From assembly GCF_036321535.1 (NCBI RefSeq), contig NC_087436.1:53012001-53076000 (forward strand): a stretch of DNA of 64,000 bases, given 5' to 3'. Positions within the stretch are counted from its first letter, which is position 1. Each line of letters starts with the position of its first letter. Positions 25,813 to 38,460 of the stretch are shown piece after piece. The translations under genes and the position numbers were made by a program. The notes beneath the pieces were generated by a model that saw only the letters and a list, made by a program, of their open reading frames with translations, ran no database searches and had not been told where the DNA came from. The DNA comes from Camelus dromedarius (taxonomy: Eukaryota).

Positions 25813-27271
25813 AAAAAAGTAGTAACAGAAATAAGAAAGAATCATAAGCTGCCCCTTTGCCTAAATGACTTGGAGTAAAACAGGATCTCAGAGAGAGCCA
25901 GCATCCTTCCAGGCCTCTCTAAACCCGGGATAAATAGTGTGGAGTCACTTTCTCCAGGTTCTAAGCCCCTCAGCGTTATCCTGTTACCACTTGGTGTTCC
26001 TTTTGGGACAGAATGTCAGGCTCAGATGTAGCCATTGGCTGCGACAGTTAACTAAGTCCAGGTGTCCTCAGAAGCCATCTGGAAAGAAGGTGATCTTGGG
26101 CTGCCGCACGCTCACTAATCCTTGGGGCTGTGGAAGAGGGCTGTGTCATTTTAAATCGGTTTGGCTGGCGGGAGCTTTGTTTAGACACCCGCTCCTCCTC
26201 AGTAACTAAAGGTAACTGATATCTGTGTGCTGTACGTGCCCAGACAGGCTTCCAGTCCCAGTCAACTAAAATTATCCTTCTTGAGGGATCTATTTGAATC
26301 TGACATTTGCTCACTTATTTTCTTCAGAATATAATGGAAACCCCAAGAGACTGCGCACTACTGTCCTGGGGACAGACATAAATGTCTTCTCTCCCTTGGC
26401 ACGGGGGGAGCTTCAGTCTTGGGGTGCTTTCAGAACCCTGTAGCAGTCAGAAATCCATGCATCTCAGAGGAAGGGAGGAAAAGGCTGGAGGCTGAAGATT
26501 TTTCCCCTCCATTTAGAATTCCTCAGGAATGATGTCCGCGCCTTCATCGATGCTACTTCTCATGACTGCAGAGTTCCCCTCGTACCCTGTCAACCCTAGT
26601 CCTACTCACCCCTAAATTCCAGCCCAGAGTTCCATCTCTTTCCCTGAGGCTCTCCCTGACCTCTGCGGACCACAGCTGTCTTGACTCTGAACTGCTCCTG
26701 CACTTCTCATCCGTGCCACCCAGTTTGCACATTTTGGCCTCTCACTGTTTTAAAGATGTTAGTTAGCTGAGCTTCCCTGCCAGAAGGCAAGCATTTTTAG
26801 GGCTGAGATTATGCATCTCTCTTGTCTCCCACCCTGGTCTCACTTGCAAATACTTCTCGGAAGCCATTGAAATCCAGTTGGAAGCTTTAATACTAGACCG
26901 GTCTCTTCATAACCCTGATTCCTAAAAACCCCTTAGGAATAAAAAAGCAAAGGAGTTGTTGCTTAAAAACATATTTCTTGAAAGACCAAAAATATTCCAA
27001 CAAGGAACCTTACACCCAGGACAGCTTAAATGATTTGCGAGCAGTTCTGTGCATGAGTTACATTCATAGATTCTTGATGGAAGAGACTTTAGGGAAGGCA
27101 CAGTTTTTAATCTTGTGAGCCACATGGTGGAGAGGAAAGTAGCCATCAGAGAAGTCCTCCAAAAAGGGCAGGATTACTCAGGGGCTTACTGGGAACATAC
27201 TGAAACAGAAGAGGTTGGAAGCTACAGTTTGCCCCGTTAGATGCTTAAAATCATCCTGAAACTTTTCCAGA

Positions 27272-27316
27272 ATATATATATATATATATACACATATAAA
27301 TATATATATATATATT
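27272..27316. repeat. (TA)n microsatellite
   Basis: interrupted TA dinucleotide run. Confidence 0.9.
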
Positions 27317-27949
27317 TAAATACAGCATTTCTAAGTGTCTCTCATCAAATTTAGAATATGATTCAACCTTTGGAGATTAAGAGATCTGTTGCTATTCATC
27401 TTTAGCATCCTAGTAAAGTATAAGGGTTTTAGTGTCTTTGGAATTTCTGTTTCATGGAGAAAGCATGACTGTATAGATTTACTAGGAAAGTAGACATGGT
27501 ACATTGGCCACAGAAAGGCACTGAGAACTTTGATGACTAATTCCGTTGAGATAAAACCAAGAGATATAGTTGTGGTAATTCAAATTCGGTGAAGGAAGAA
27601 GAGACATGTGGAAGAATAGAATGTTATGGCTGAACCAAACCTTGGGAATGGGTGGGAGGGGAACTCTGCAATAGCAAAGAACTGAGATTTATTAGATTTA
27701 TTTTCTCAGGGAAAAGGGAAAATGGTAAAAGAGCCATTGACATTTATGAAAAAAAACTTTCTCATTTTCTTTCAGAATTGATTAGGGTTTTTAAGTGGTG
27801 TTATGCTGTGGTTAAATACAGTATGATAAGCTACTAGCGCAGTAAAACTCTGAGGCAAAGGCTTACATTACAGTGTGGAAAGAGAAGGGCAGAGTTAATA
27901 GTATCACCAAAGGTTTCATTGAGGAAGGACTCGTTCTAATTCGTACAAA

Positions 27950-28400
27950 GAATTCCTTCATTCGTGAATTCCCTTATGTATTCAAGAACTATTTACTGAG
28001 CACCAATTATGTGTCAGGTACAGTAGACAGAGGAGTGACTGAAACAGTCAAACATCCTTGTCTTCGGTGGAACCTATTCCAGCAGGGCGACAGACAATAG
28101 TAAAAGGTCCGTTAAAATGTCCCCTGTTAGGCGGTAATATGGGCGACGGAGGATGAGAACGCAGCCAAGGAGGGGAGGCAGCGGGCTGTGGGGGGTTGTA
28201 GTTTTAAATCCAATGGCCAGGAAAGGACTCTTGGGGAAGGCGGTACCTGAGCGGGATGGAGAGGATGAGGGCATGAGTGAGGGAGATTTGCAGGAGAGGA
28301 TGCCACCGGGAAGACAGGACAGAGGGTGGATCCCTGTGGGTCTGTGGAAGGATGGCTTTGGGGAGCTTTAACAGCAAAGAGGTGTGAATTGACTTAGTGG
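27950..28400 (-). mobile_element. L2 (host of the ERV1 LTR; appears to resume at about 29455-29510)
   Basis: 'tattcaagaactatttactgagcaccaattatgtgtcagg...atggccaggaaaggactct...ggaaggcggtacctgagc'. Confidence 0.75.
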
Positions 28401-28452
28401 AGCTTAGGGAAGGCTGTCCCAAGATACACCACGTTGGCATATTGATTATTTT

Positions 28453-28871
28453 ATTTTTCAAACTGAAGTGGAGTCGATTTACAATGATGTGTTAGTTTCT
28501 GGTGTACAGCATAGTGACTCAGTTATACATATGCATATTATTCTTTTTCTTATTCTTTTTCACTATAGGCTATTAAAAAAATATTCAATATAGTTCCCTA
28601 TACCATACAGTAGGACCTTATTGTTTATGTATTTGCCAATCCTGAACTCCCAATTTATCCCTCCCCACCCACCTTCTTCCCTGGTAACCATAAGTTTGTT
28701 TTCTATGTCTGTGAGTCTGTCCCTGTTTTGTAAATAAGTTCATTCGTGTCACTGCTTTTGAGATTCCACATATAAGTGACATATGATTTTTGTCTTTCTC
28801 TGTCTGACTTACTTCAATTTGTATGTTGATCTCCAGGTCCATCCATGTTGCTACAAATGGCATTATTTCAT
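28453..28871 (-). mobile_element. 3' L1 segment of a U6/L1 chimera
   Basis: minus-strand peptide MPFVATWMDLEINIQIEVSQTEKDKNHMSLICGI (ORF2 end) plus 3' UTR and a short A tail. Confidence 0.95.
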
Positions 28872-28978
28872 AAAAATATGAAACACTTCACGAACTTGTG
28901 TGTCATCCTTGTGCAAGGGCCATGCTCATCTGCTCTGTATCATTCCAATGTTAGTATATGTGCTGCCGAAGTGAGCAC
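28872..28978 (-). pseudogene. RNU6: U6 snRNA retropseudogene, full length (107 nt), fused to L1
   Basis: reverse complement gtgctcacttcggcagcacatatactaacattggaatgatacagagcagatgagcatggcccttgcacaaggatgacacacaagttcgtgaagtgtttcatattttt; by hand 11 mismatches to recalled mammalian U6, 5 of them CpG transitions. Confidence 0.97.
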
Positions 28979-29513
28979 TAGATTATTTTGAATTAAAGTT
29001 ACCTAAGAAATGGCCAACGCAAGAGGGACACCCTGACCTCCTCTGTCTCCCTGAAAGCAGGAAATAAACCCCTCAAGGGAAGGTGCACCCCTGCACCGGA
29101 GGTGGAAGGACACCTTTATCCCTGAAAACAGGGAATCTGGGCCAAGAAGCCTTTAAAAACAAACCTTGTTACTTCTTTAATTTACTACCCCCAGCCCAAA
29201 CTCTGTTTAGAGTCTTTACTAACTGGGTACCCAAACCTAAGTTTCTTGGTTCTGTCAATTCTTCACAAATGTATTGTTCCTTTGTCTAAAAAGAATAAAT
29301 GCTGCCTGCTTTGGCCACTTCTCAGGTCCCATTTTTAGGAGACCTCCATGCGTGTGAATTAACATTTCTTTCTTTTTCTCTTGTTAATCTTTCTTGTGTC
29401 AACTTCGTTATTAGTCTAGCCACGAGAACTCATTGGGAGACTCCCCCTCCCAATGGCCTGACACTTTATCGGGGTCTCCCTGCTGCTGTGTTGAACAAAG
29501 AGTAAAGGAGAGG

Positions 29514-29688
29514 GTATCAGCCTTCTCAGGCTGCTGTAACAAAGCGCCCCAGGCTGAGTGGCTTAAACGCCAGACTGTATTTTCTCACAGTTGTGGAGGC
29601 TAGAGATCTGAGGTTAGGGCTGTCACCCTCTGAGGAAAGAATCTGTTCGAAGCCTCTCTCCTTGGTTCGTCCATGGTTGTCTTCTCCC
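29514..29688 (-). mobile_element. MaLR LTR fragment (MLT1A-C-like)
   Basis: 'ggctgctgtaacaaag...gtggcttaaac...ttttctcacagttgtggaggctagagatctgag'. Confidence 0.8.
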
Positions 29689-30311
29689 CAAGTAATAAAG
29701 GTAGTATTAAAAGTAAGAAATGAAATATTTCTTTAAAAAGTTATATAAGAAATAGGGAAATGAAATTCTGGGAAAAGGGGGAGGCAAGTAAAGATAAAGT
29801 GAACCAGACCGAGCATGAGAGCCTTCAGAGCGGAGGTCCCCAGACTGGAGGCCCAAGAGGAAAGAGCTGAATTAATCCCTACTGTTGAACAATTAGGAAC
29901 TGTAATTTAAAATGGTAACTTTTGGTCTCATCTTGAAGAATCTGAAGATCTGGAATGCGGGGTGGTGTCCCCACATGGAAATACAGGGCCGCGAGCCCTC
30001 AGACAGCCAGTCTCCGTTGCTCCTGGGTGCTGGGCTTCTCGCCCTCTGTTTAGTGCAGGGACCAGCCTCACCCTTGTTCTGTGTCACTGAGGTCTAGGAT
30101 CAGCGGCCACTTCTTCAGCTTGCACATTATGTCTCTGACACATGGCTTGTCTCACTCCCTTTCGTTACTTGCTTGGATCTGGTCAGCACTTGAATTTACC
30201 CCAATTTCGAGAAAATCATGAAGAGAAAGATTAAAGAATGTAAGAATAACAGACTCTCCAACAGAAGTTGGAGCCAAGATCTTGGTGTAATAAAGAGAAA
30301 AGGAGATAATC

Positions 30312-30605
30312 TTTAAAGTCAGATAAACTAGCTTTTGCTCTATGATCCTAGGGTGTGCATTTAATCTCCTTAAACCTTTCTTTCCTCATCTATAAATGGA
30401 GATAAATAATACCACCTCATTTGTTTGCTCTAAGGATTAAATGAGATAGTGTGTGGAAACAGAGTGGTGGATCAAAGCAAGCCATCGATGAATGGTACGT
30501 GTAATTATCCTCTTGAAGTCTCATTCCTCAACTGTAAAATAAGGATGGAACCACATGCCTCACAGCTTCATTGTGAAGGTTAAACAAGATGCTTGAACAA
30601 ACACT
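30312..30605 (+). mobile_element. two tandem MIR fragments
   Basis: cores 'ttcctcatctataaatggagata' and 'ttcctcaactgtaaaataaggat'. Confidence 0.65.
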
Positions 30606-31094
30606 TCCTCCTTCCTGGCCTAAGAGCCAATTAGTATACTTCAATATCCTGTCTTCTCTAAAATAAATGTAAAAGTGAATTTGACTTTAGAGTATAATGT
30701 TTGTCCTGTTTATGATAGACTAGGACTGAACTATGTTACAGAAAGCATTTCAGTGAGATCAGAAATAACAAAAAAGTGACTGGAAATCAAATATTTAGGA
30801 CTAACTTGCATAAATAGAGGACTGAAGAACATAGCCTTAAAGAGTCAGGAAAATTCTTCCAAAAAAGAATCACCATCAGAATTCACGACATTTGTGTGCC
30901 TAGAAGAATGGAGAGTATGAGAGAGGCTGTACTTTCTTTTTTGATGCTGCTATGCTAATAGAAGAAATTGAGTCCTGAACAAAAGGTAATTTGGACAAAG
31001 GGAATGAAAGAGGGAAAAAGTTATTGTAAATTACAAAAACTGTTGAAACAAGAAGTTACGAAAATATGAGAGGCACCGTAACAAAATACTTAAG

Positions 31095-31342
31095 GGGATG
31101 GATTTTTGGAGGTTGGATATCAGGTCTCTCTCTTATTAGCTGTGTGGCCTTAGGTAAGTCACTTAACCTCTCTGTGCCTCAGTTTCCTCTTTCCTTCATG
31201 CCTAATTTTCATCTTTAAAATGTTTATAATAATAGTATATATCTCATTAAATTGTTGTGTGCAGTAAATGAGTTAGCTTAATACAGATAAAGTATTTAGA
31301 AGAGTGCCTGAAACATCATAAATGCTATGTAAGTTATTATTG
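31095..31342 (+). mobile_element. MIR SINE
   Basis: 'ttagctgtgtggccttaggtaagtcacttaacctctctgtgcctcagtttcctc'. Confidence 0.88.
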
Positions 31343-31734
31343 TAAGAGGCAAGATCAATGGAGAGAATTCTGATTCTTTTTTCTAAATATCAGCAGTTGA
31401 TAGTTATAAACATGTCAAAAGCCTCTCAAGGAAAAAAGTCAGTAGTGACTCTTCAGTGGAGACAATTCTGAGACCATCTTAAGGGAAGAAAAAGGGGGGG
31501 GGGGAAGCTGAGTAAGTGGGGTTCTGCAGCTCTCACCCCCATTTAGCCAGAGCAACGCTTTTTCACATGTTGGATTTCTGAGTAAGATTATTTTTACAGG
31601 CTCTTCAGTCATAAAGCATGTAAAGAAAACATCAGGGCTCTAAAGTCCCTTGAAAACTACATGCTTCTAACTAGTGTCAACCACTCTCATGCTTTGGACC
31701 CTCTGCCTCCTCTTCCCTCCTCACCCCCTCCCCT

Positions 31735-32698
31735 TGATGATCTGACGATTCCCAGATCCCCAGTTCTAGTTCAGAATCCTCCCTGGAATAGACTCCTATG
31801 TTCAGTCGCCTTCTGGATAACTATCTCAAGCACTTTATAATCAATATATCCCAAACTCATTGTTTTCACCCCAAACCTTCTTCTTTTCTCTTTTTTTCAT
31901 ATGAGTTAATGGCTCCAATTTCCTTCTAGTGAAACAAACCAGAAACCTGAGACTTTCTTCTCTCTCTTCTTCTCCCACCAAAAATCAGTCCCCAGCTCCA
32001 ACAGATTTTATCTTGTGATTACATGTTCTAATTGTGCCTCTGCATTAGTATCTCAGTCTTAGTCCAGACCTCTACTGTCTCTTACCCAGACTCCTGCCAG
32101 ACAGGAGGAAACAAGAATGGTCTTTCTAAAATCTGAACTAGAAATTCATCTACATACGATTCTTTATTACTTCCCCACCCCAAGCAAGATAAAATGCAAA
32201 TTCTCCAACCTGGTATTAATGCAAAGTTGTCTGGCACTGACCTCCATTGATAGACGGAGCCATATGAAATTGTTATTTCTGTAGATCAAAACGGTTGACC
32301 CTAGTAATGATTTATGGTCAACTTAAAACTTCTCTAGCCTCACTGACTGTCATTCCCTCACTCATACTTCTCACACAGGGGTAAACTCCTTTGCTAGAAT
32401 GTGGAGCTCCATCCTCATCACTGGCCTGATCAACTTCTACACATCTCTCACATCTTAGTTCTGTGGACATTTCCTCCAGATCTTCAAACTGCAGACTGGT
32501 AAAATGTTCCCTCTCTATGTTCCCATAACAACCAGGGTGAAGAGCAGCCGGAGCACTCTGGCATCAGGTTGAAATGATCTGTTTGTGCTCCAGTCATTCC
32601 CAGGAGACCTTCAGGGGTTTGAGGGCATCTTTGTCCCCCTCCGTAGGGGTGTCTGGCACAGCACATTCTGTTTGTTGAATTGAATAGAATGGAATGAA
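31735..32698 (+). mobile_element. L2 3' region
   Basis: 'gatgatctgacgattcccagatc...aaaccagaaacctgaga...ctggcacag...tgttgaattgaat'. Confidence 0.7.
32249..32326. mobile_element. MADE2-like mariner MITE inside L2
   Basis: about 80 bp with inverted ends 'ccatatgaaatt...gatttatggtcaactta' and internal 'tgtagatcaaaacggttga'. Confidence 0.6.
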
Positions 32699-33116
32699 AC
32701 CAGCAGATCATGATCACTAATAAATTAAGCTGACTTTGGGTTTTATAGTTGCATTTGCATTTCAGAAGACTTTGAGGATTTGAACCTGGCCAGTGTTTTC
32801 ATATGCTAATAAATGATTTGAGGCTGAGGCATTAATGAACAGGTACTTTTGAGAACTGGAGGATAGAATAAGCCAGAGGCTGGTACTTTTAGTCCCATTT
32901 ATATCGTCGTAAATGATCTGAGTGAAGGATTTCTAGAGTTATATTGTGGGAGAAAAGTTTTTTTTTTTTTTTTAAATAGAGCATTTTAATGGCTAAATGA
33001 CTTCCCCTCCCAGAAATATTTCCATTCAAAAACAGAGTTTTGTTTAACTCAAAGGAATGGCTCTGTAGTGTAGGGTTTCAGGTTATAAAGGGAATGATTA
33101 GGGAGATGAGGGATGT

Positions 33117-33391
33117 TAATTTTTTTTTTAACATTTTTTATTGATTTAAAATCATTTTACAATGTGTCAAATTCCAGTGTTCAGCACAATTTTTCAGTCA
33201 TTCATGGACATATACATACTCATTGTCACATTTTTTTCTCTGTGAGTTATCGTAACATTTTGTGTATATTTCCCTGTGCTATACAGTGTAATCTTGTTTA
33301 TCTATTCTACAATTTTGAAGTCCCAGGCTATCCTTTCCCACCCTCCATCCCCCGGTAACCACAAGTCTGTATTCTCTGTCTGTGAGTCTAT
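33117..33391 (-). mobile_element. young L1 3' end, distinct camelid-type subfamily
   Basis: T tail, 'ttttacaatgtgtcaaattccagtgttcagcacaat...ccctgtgctatacagtgtaatcttgtttatctattc...ggtaaccacaagtctg'. Confidence 0.9.
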
Positions 33392-34499
33392 TGGAGAAAA
33401 GTATTTTTATAGTACAAATAATACAAACTTTTATTTCCAAGTTCTCTGAATGTGCAAAACTGCTTTTTTCTGAAGCTCTTTACATCCAGATTTGCATAGT
33501 TGAAGATTAGCTATTTCAGCCCCTCTTTTCTTAAAAAAAAAAAAAATCGTTCAAAGAAGAGATTGTAGGCAAATAGTAATACTAATTTAGATCAGAAATA
33601 ATTCTCTATCATTATCATAGCAACCCAGCTGTGAAACTATGTGTGATGTGGGAACAGACATGTATACTGGGCTATGGGGAGAGGCGAGCAAACGTTCATT
33701 CATGCCAGGATAGAACGTTCCCAAATGGAGGTCTCCAACCTGGCAGAGAAGTAGTCAACAAAGCGGCCAGCAGACACGTCTGCTAATCGGTCTCATCGTG
33801 GTGTAAGGCTCCTGGGAGGAGTGCCCACAGAGGAAGGCACTCATTCATCAGCACGCTGGTCGTGGGGGTGGGGCCTGCCACCCTGTAGGCTAGAAACAGG
33901 CGACAACTCCACAGATTTGAAGAACTGCAGGGATACAACAAAAAACAGCAGGCTTGAACAGGCGGCAAATGCTGAACACCTCTCTGTCAGGTGGACGGCT
34001 TTTCCAGAGAAAGCCTCTCTGGGGCATCTGCTCTTTCTTTGTAACGCCCATCTCTAGAGTTAAGCCATCTTGCTTACCCCTGTGTGTCAGCCTTGTCCAT
34101 AGCACAGAACCAGCCATAGCGGTCAAGAAAGATTTTTCAGTCACTGAAACTGCCTTGCACGGGAAGACGAGGAAATGAAGACAAAGAAGAGGGAAACAAG
34201 GCCCTGTGCAGAAACGGCATAACACCCAGGCTGCAGTATACCCTGTGCCCAGAGAGGGCTTTCTATCCTGGATATTGTTGCCACCTGTATGGAGGATGTT
34301 TGTAGGATTCCTGGCTCTGATCACCATCAGGGTAAAATCTAAATATAGTGGACCCTTTTTTTTTCTCCTTTTCTTCCTCCCCCGCCTTCCCTGTTGTTCA
34401 GAGTTGTGTGGCTCAGCAGAGGAAGCAAGATGACCTTTTTAAATTCAGTTGCATGGAATCTGACTTTACTACCACACCAGGTTCCATATCCAAAGAGTT

Positions 34500-34745
34500 G
34501 AATAATACTCAAGCATATGGCTGGACTACAACTGATTTAACCAATCCTCTATTGTTGGGCATTTAGGTTATTCCTGACTCTTCACTCTTACAAATCATTC
34601 TCATGCAAATATTTGTAGAGGTACATATTTGGAAAAATCTTAAACTGCTTCTTTAAGTTAAATTTCCAGAAGTGTGATTTCTTGGTTGAAGGACAGGCAC
34701 ATTTTAAAACTCTGAATACTTATTTCCAGGTTGCTTTACAGTAAG
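34500..34745 (-). mobile_element. ancient L1ME fragment
   Basis: 'atttaaccaatcctctattgttgggcatttaggtt...aaatttccagaagtgtgattt'. Confidence 0.7.
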
Positions 34746-35749
34746 GCTGAACTCAAAGTTGAAATGCCTTTTAACAAATTCAGCAAATCTCAGTGTCTGA
34801 GTATATATCATTCTTCTTTCTTGACAATGTAACTATGATTCACCACAAGATAAAGTTCTGCTGTGAATCAAAGAAACTCCCCCCGATCAGGAGGTCTGAC
34901 ATTTATCTTTCCAGATAGAGTGAAATCGGAGAGAAGCGGGGGAGGAGGTTCTCAGTTACCCTCTGGTCTTTGTGGCTGATTGACAACTGTCATAATGTCT
35001 TTGCAGATGCAGTAGACATCTGCCTTTTCTTTGTAAATCGTCTTGTAAAGGTTCTTGTTTGAAAGATGCCTGCGTTTTAATACCTGCCAGCATTGTACAC
35101 CATTATGTTACATTGTGACATTAAAAAAAAAAGAAAAACCATTACCCTGAAAACCCTCCAGTCTTGAGTTTAGCTCTCACCCCCGCTTGGATCATCACGG
35201 CTCTGACTTCCTTAGGGATTACTCACAGGAGCAAGAACAGTCTGCTTCGTGCATGGAAAGACTGAAAGCCACTAATCTGCAGAACTTAATTTAGCAGCAA
35301 CCTGCAAAAGATAGTTAGCAACTAATGAAGGTTTACTGAACCCTCCCTGGGGATGGTTCTCCCGACTCAGCTATAACTGTGCAAAGCCTTTCGTTTGCAT
35401 CTGTTCCATCCAGGAGGGAGGCCAGACAGAGAAAGAAGACCAACGTGAGACAAACAGAGTCAGCTCTTCCGCCACATCCCTGCTGCCCTACTTAGGAAGG
35501 GAGTGCAGTTCAGTCTCAGAAACAAACACACACTTTCTTAGACATTTATGGTCCTTCTCTCCAGATTAAATCCCATGGTATAGTAATTACCAGACTCACT
35601 TGATTTAGTTGTCTTATGACAAATGTTGATATAGGAACATATTGAGCTACAAAATAATGACTTCTTGATCATTTGATTCAGAGGTTTTAAAGAAATTTCA
35701 GTATTAGATTTCTTTTGTGATGTAGGTGTGGCTTGATAGTATTAACATT

Positions 35750-36070
35750 CTTAAATGAATTAGCTTAACATATTCTTGATCAACATTTCTGATGGAAAAA
35801 GTATATTGAAGCAATGCAAGTACCTTTCTCTCAAAAGAGCTCAGAGTCTGAAACAGACAAAATGTAAACAAATAATTAAAATATAAGGTAGAGAATGATG
35901 TTACCGCAAGAGACATATAGATTAAACATTCCAGGATTTCAGAGGGGAGGGAGATGATATCCAAAAGGATGAAACTGAGGAGAGTCTGCTATAGGAAGAG
36001 GCATTCTGAACAGGTATGGATCTGTTGAGATAAAAGCATAGGCATGCAGGTGGGGGAGAATGGAAGAATC
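35750..36070 (-). mobile_element. L2 fragment
   Basis: 'ctctcaaaagagctcagagtctga...aaacaaataattaaaatataagg'. Confidence 0.5.
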
Positions 36071-36224
36071 CTGGAACTGTGAGCTGTTCTTTTTGATTAA
36101 CACATGAGATGTGTGTAGGGGTGTGGGAGATGTAGTGGGATACAGTTAGGAAGGTATAGAAGCCAAAACATGGATGTACAGAATGTCAACATTACCAGGA
36201 CCTTTAATCTGGGGTTGTTCATTT

Positions 36225-36310
36225 TAGTTTGCTCATTTGATGCCTGAGGAAAATGAGGTTCAGAAAGGTGAAGTGACCTATCTGAGGTCACACAGCTTGC
36301 TAAGGAGCAA
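36225..36310 (-). mobile_element. MIR core
   Basis: 'tgaggaaaatgaggttcagaaaggtgaagtgacctatctgaggtcacacagct'. Confidence 0.75.
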
Positions 36311-36451
36311 AATAAAAATAATCAGTGGAATTGAGGGCTTAACTGTTTCAAATTATATACAAAATTATAATTGAATTTAACATGAGATAAAATTTTGAAA
36401 TACCATCCCCATGACATAGAAATTATAAATAAATTAACTATTACTTGAAGC

Positions 36452-36700
36452 AATAATAGAAAACATTTATGGAGCACTTCTGATATGTCAGGCAGTGTGC
36501 TAGTTTTACAGACATACTCTCATTAACTCATCCCACCAACTCCATGGAGTGGTTTGTGTAATTATTTCCATTTATCGAATGAAGACACTGAGGCTAGGAA
36601 AGGTTAAGTAACTGGTTCAAAGCCACACAGCTAATGAGCCGCGGGGCTGGAATTTGGATTAATTCCTTGATCACAAGCTTTTAAGTGTTCAGCTATGCTG
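36452..36700 (-). mobile_element. MIR SINE
   Basis: 'aacatttatggagcacttc...tgtcaggcagtgtgcta...actgaggctaggaaaggttaagtaact...ccacacagcta'. Confidence 0.85.
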
Positions 36701-37019
36701 TCTCCCCAAATATTCCACATACTCTGAAAAGTTCATCAATGTGTCCAGGTGATTTTTTGATACCTAGAATTTCAAATATCTAGACCAGAATCCACTTTTA
36801 ATACCTAAAGACAGTCATTGGCTATCTTTTGGTATTAATACCTGGGTTTAATTCCTTCATTAATTTACACAATAAATATTTATGCACAAAATTGACAAAA
36901 ATCTCTGTGGAACTTATGGTTGGGATGAGAAGTTTTTAACCTATGGATAAATAATACGAAAAATAAGCTTGCCCATAAGGTCTTTTTAAAAACTTTTCAT
37001 TGGGGTGGATCTTACTGTT

Positions 37020-37740
37020 TGTATAACACATGTACAGATAAAGTACATAAATTTTAAGGGTTCAGTTTGATAAATCTTCACAGTGTGAACACATCCATGC
37101 AAACTGCACCCAAAGCAAGAAAGAGACCACAGCAAGGATTCCAGAAATCTCCTTTTATCCCCTCTTCCCAGTCACTATCTACTCCGCAAAAGCAACCACT
37201 GTCTTGACTTCTCAAACATTAGTTTCGCTGATTTTCAATTTCTTGGAAATGGAATCATGGAGTGTGAAGTCCTTTGTGTCTGGCTTCTTCTGCGTAACAC
37301 TGGGCTTGCTCATTCTTGACATGGGATAGTCTTCCATTGCACGAATCATCTACAATGTATCTACTCTACTACTGACGGGCATTTTGAGAAGATTCCAGGT
37401 TTGGGGACATATGTACATGTATCTGTTTAGAATCTACCTAGGAGTGAAATAGCTGGGTCGAAGTAGTCATGTGATGTGGAAGCTCAGCTTTAGCAGGTGC
37501 TGCCAGTTTTCCAAAGTGGTCCTACAATTTGCACTTCCACTGGTCTTTCTCTGCAACCCCGGCAACACTTCATACTGCCTGTTACATTTTAGCCATTCTT
37601 ATATGTGTATAGTGGATCTCATTGTGGTTTTAATTAGCATTGCCCTAATGGCCAATGAAATTTAGCACATTCATATGTTTACTGGCCATTTTTATATTGT
37701 CTTGCATCAAGTGCTAGTTCAAATTTTTGCTCAGTTAAAA
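37020..37740 (-). mobile_element. old L1M (L1MC/ME-like) ORF2 end plus 3' UTR
   Basis: 'aatggaatcatggagtgtgaagtcctttgtgtctggcttctt', 'ttttagccattct...gtggatctcattgtggttttaatt'. Confidence 0.85.
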
Positions 37741-38324
37741 CAAATTCTCATGTTTTAAAGTTACACTGTAGAATTGGAAGTCACTTAGACAACATATTTC
37801 ATCAGAGACAATTTAAGTTTTATTAACAGGACACACATACCGCACAAAGTCGGCATGAGAAGGCTACAGAATACAGTCAACTTGGTCTCAAGCAAAGTTA
37901 TTTACTAAACACAGTTTGCCTTTAATATCTTTTCAAAACCCTCAGGGTTTCCTCCCTTCCAACTTCTCTGTGATATCAGAGCCTCATTGACAATTCCTCC
38001 CCACTCTCATCTTCTTCTGTATCCTAATGGACGGATTAGGATAGAAGGAATTGCATTTAAAAGTACCACTCCTAGGTCTCCCTTTGTACTTTGTTCATAT
38101 AAGCATTTTTATGAATTTTTTAATATGGAAAAGTGGGGCTGGAGCTGAACTGGAGAGTCAGGACAAAAGGGTGTTTTGAGTTAAGAGTGAGAAAACTCTA
38201 GACTGGAGCAGGAAAGATTCAACCCTGGAGGGAGTATATAAGGAGAAGAAATGGGAGGGGAGAGGATCATGCAGAATCCAGCCGCTGAGAAATTCCCAAT
38301 GGAGGGCATCTCAATAATTTATTA

Positions 38325-38460
38325 ATTTAATTTTAATTTTTTTTATTTTGAGGGGAGGTAATTAGGTTTTTATTTATTTATCTTTAATGGAGGTACAGGG
38401 GATTGAACCCAGGACCTCATGCATGCTAGGCATGCACTCGGCCACTGAGCTATACCCTCC
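38325..38460 (-). mobile_element. vic-1-like tRNA-Ala SINE
   Basis: 'ggaggtaattagg...atggaggtacaggggattgaacccaggacctcatgcatgctaggcatgcactc...actgagctataccctcc'. Confidence 0.93.

Larger units (their letters stand above)
28405..29453 (+). mobile_element. ERV1 solo LTR (MER34-like) split by the U6/L1 insertion
   Basis: 5' part 'ctgtcccaagatacaccacgttggcatattgattatttt' resumes after the insertion as 'gattattttgaattaaagttac...cctgaaagcaggaaataaa...cttgttaatct'. Confidence 0.8.

Noticed and set aside
28872..28978. Functional U6 snRNA gene
   Set aside because: Eleven substitutions including CpG decay and a change at the end of the ACAGAGA box, fusion to L1, and no evident PSE/TATA upstream
30660..31080. 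A-rich purine-biased tract as a pseudogene or RTE/L1 relic
   Set aside because: No diagnostic motif or reading frame; cannot be assigned without a search
35003..35025. Short hairpins (gcagatg...catctgc; also tagtgc...gcacta near 15553) as miRNA precursors
   Set aside because: Stems are only 6-7 bp, far too short, and no known mature miRNA was recognised
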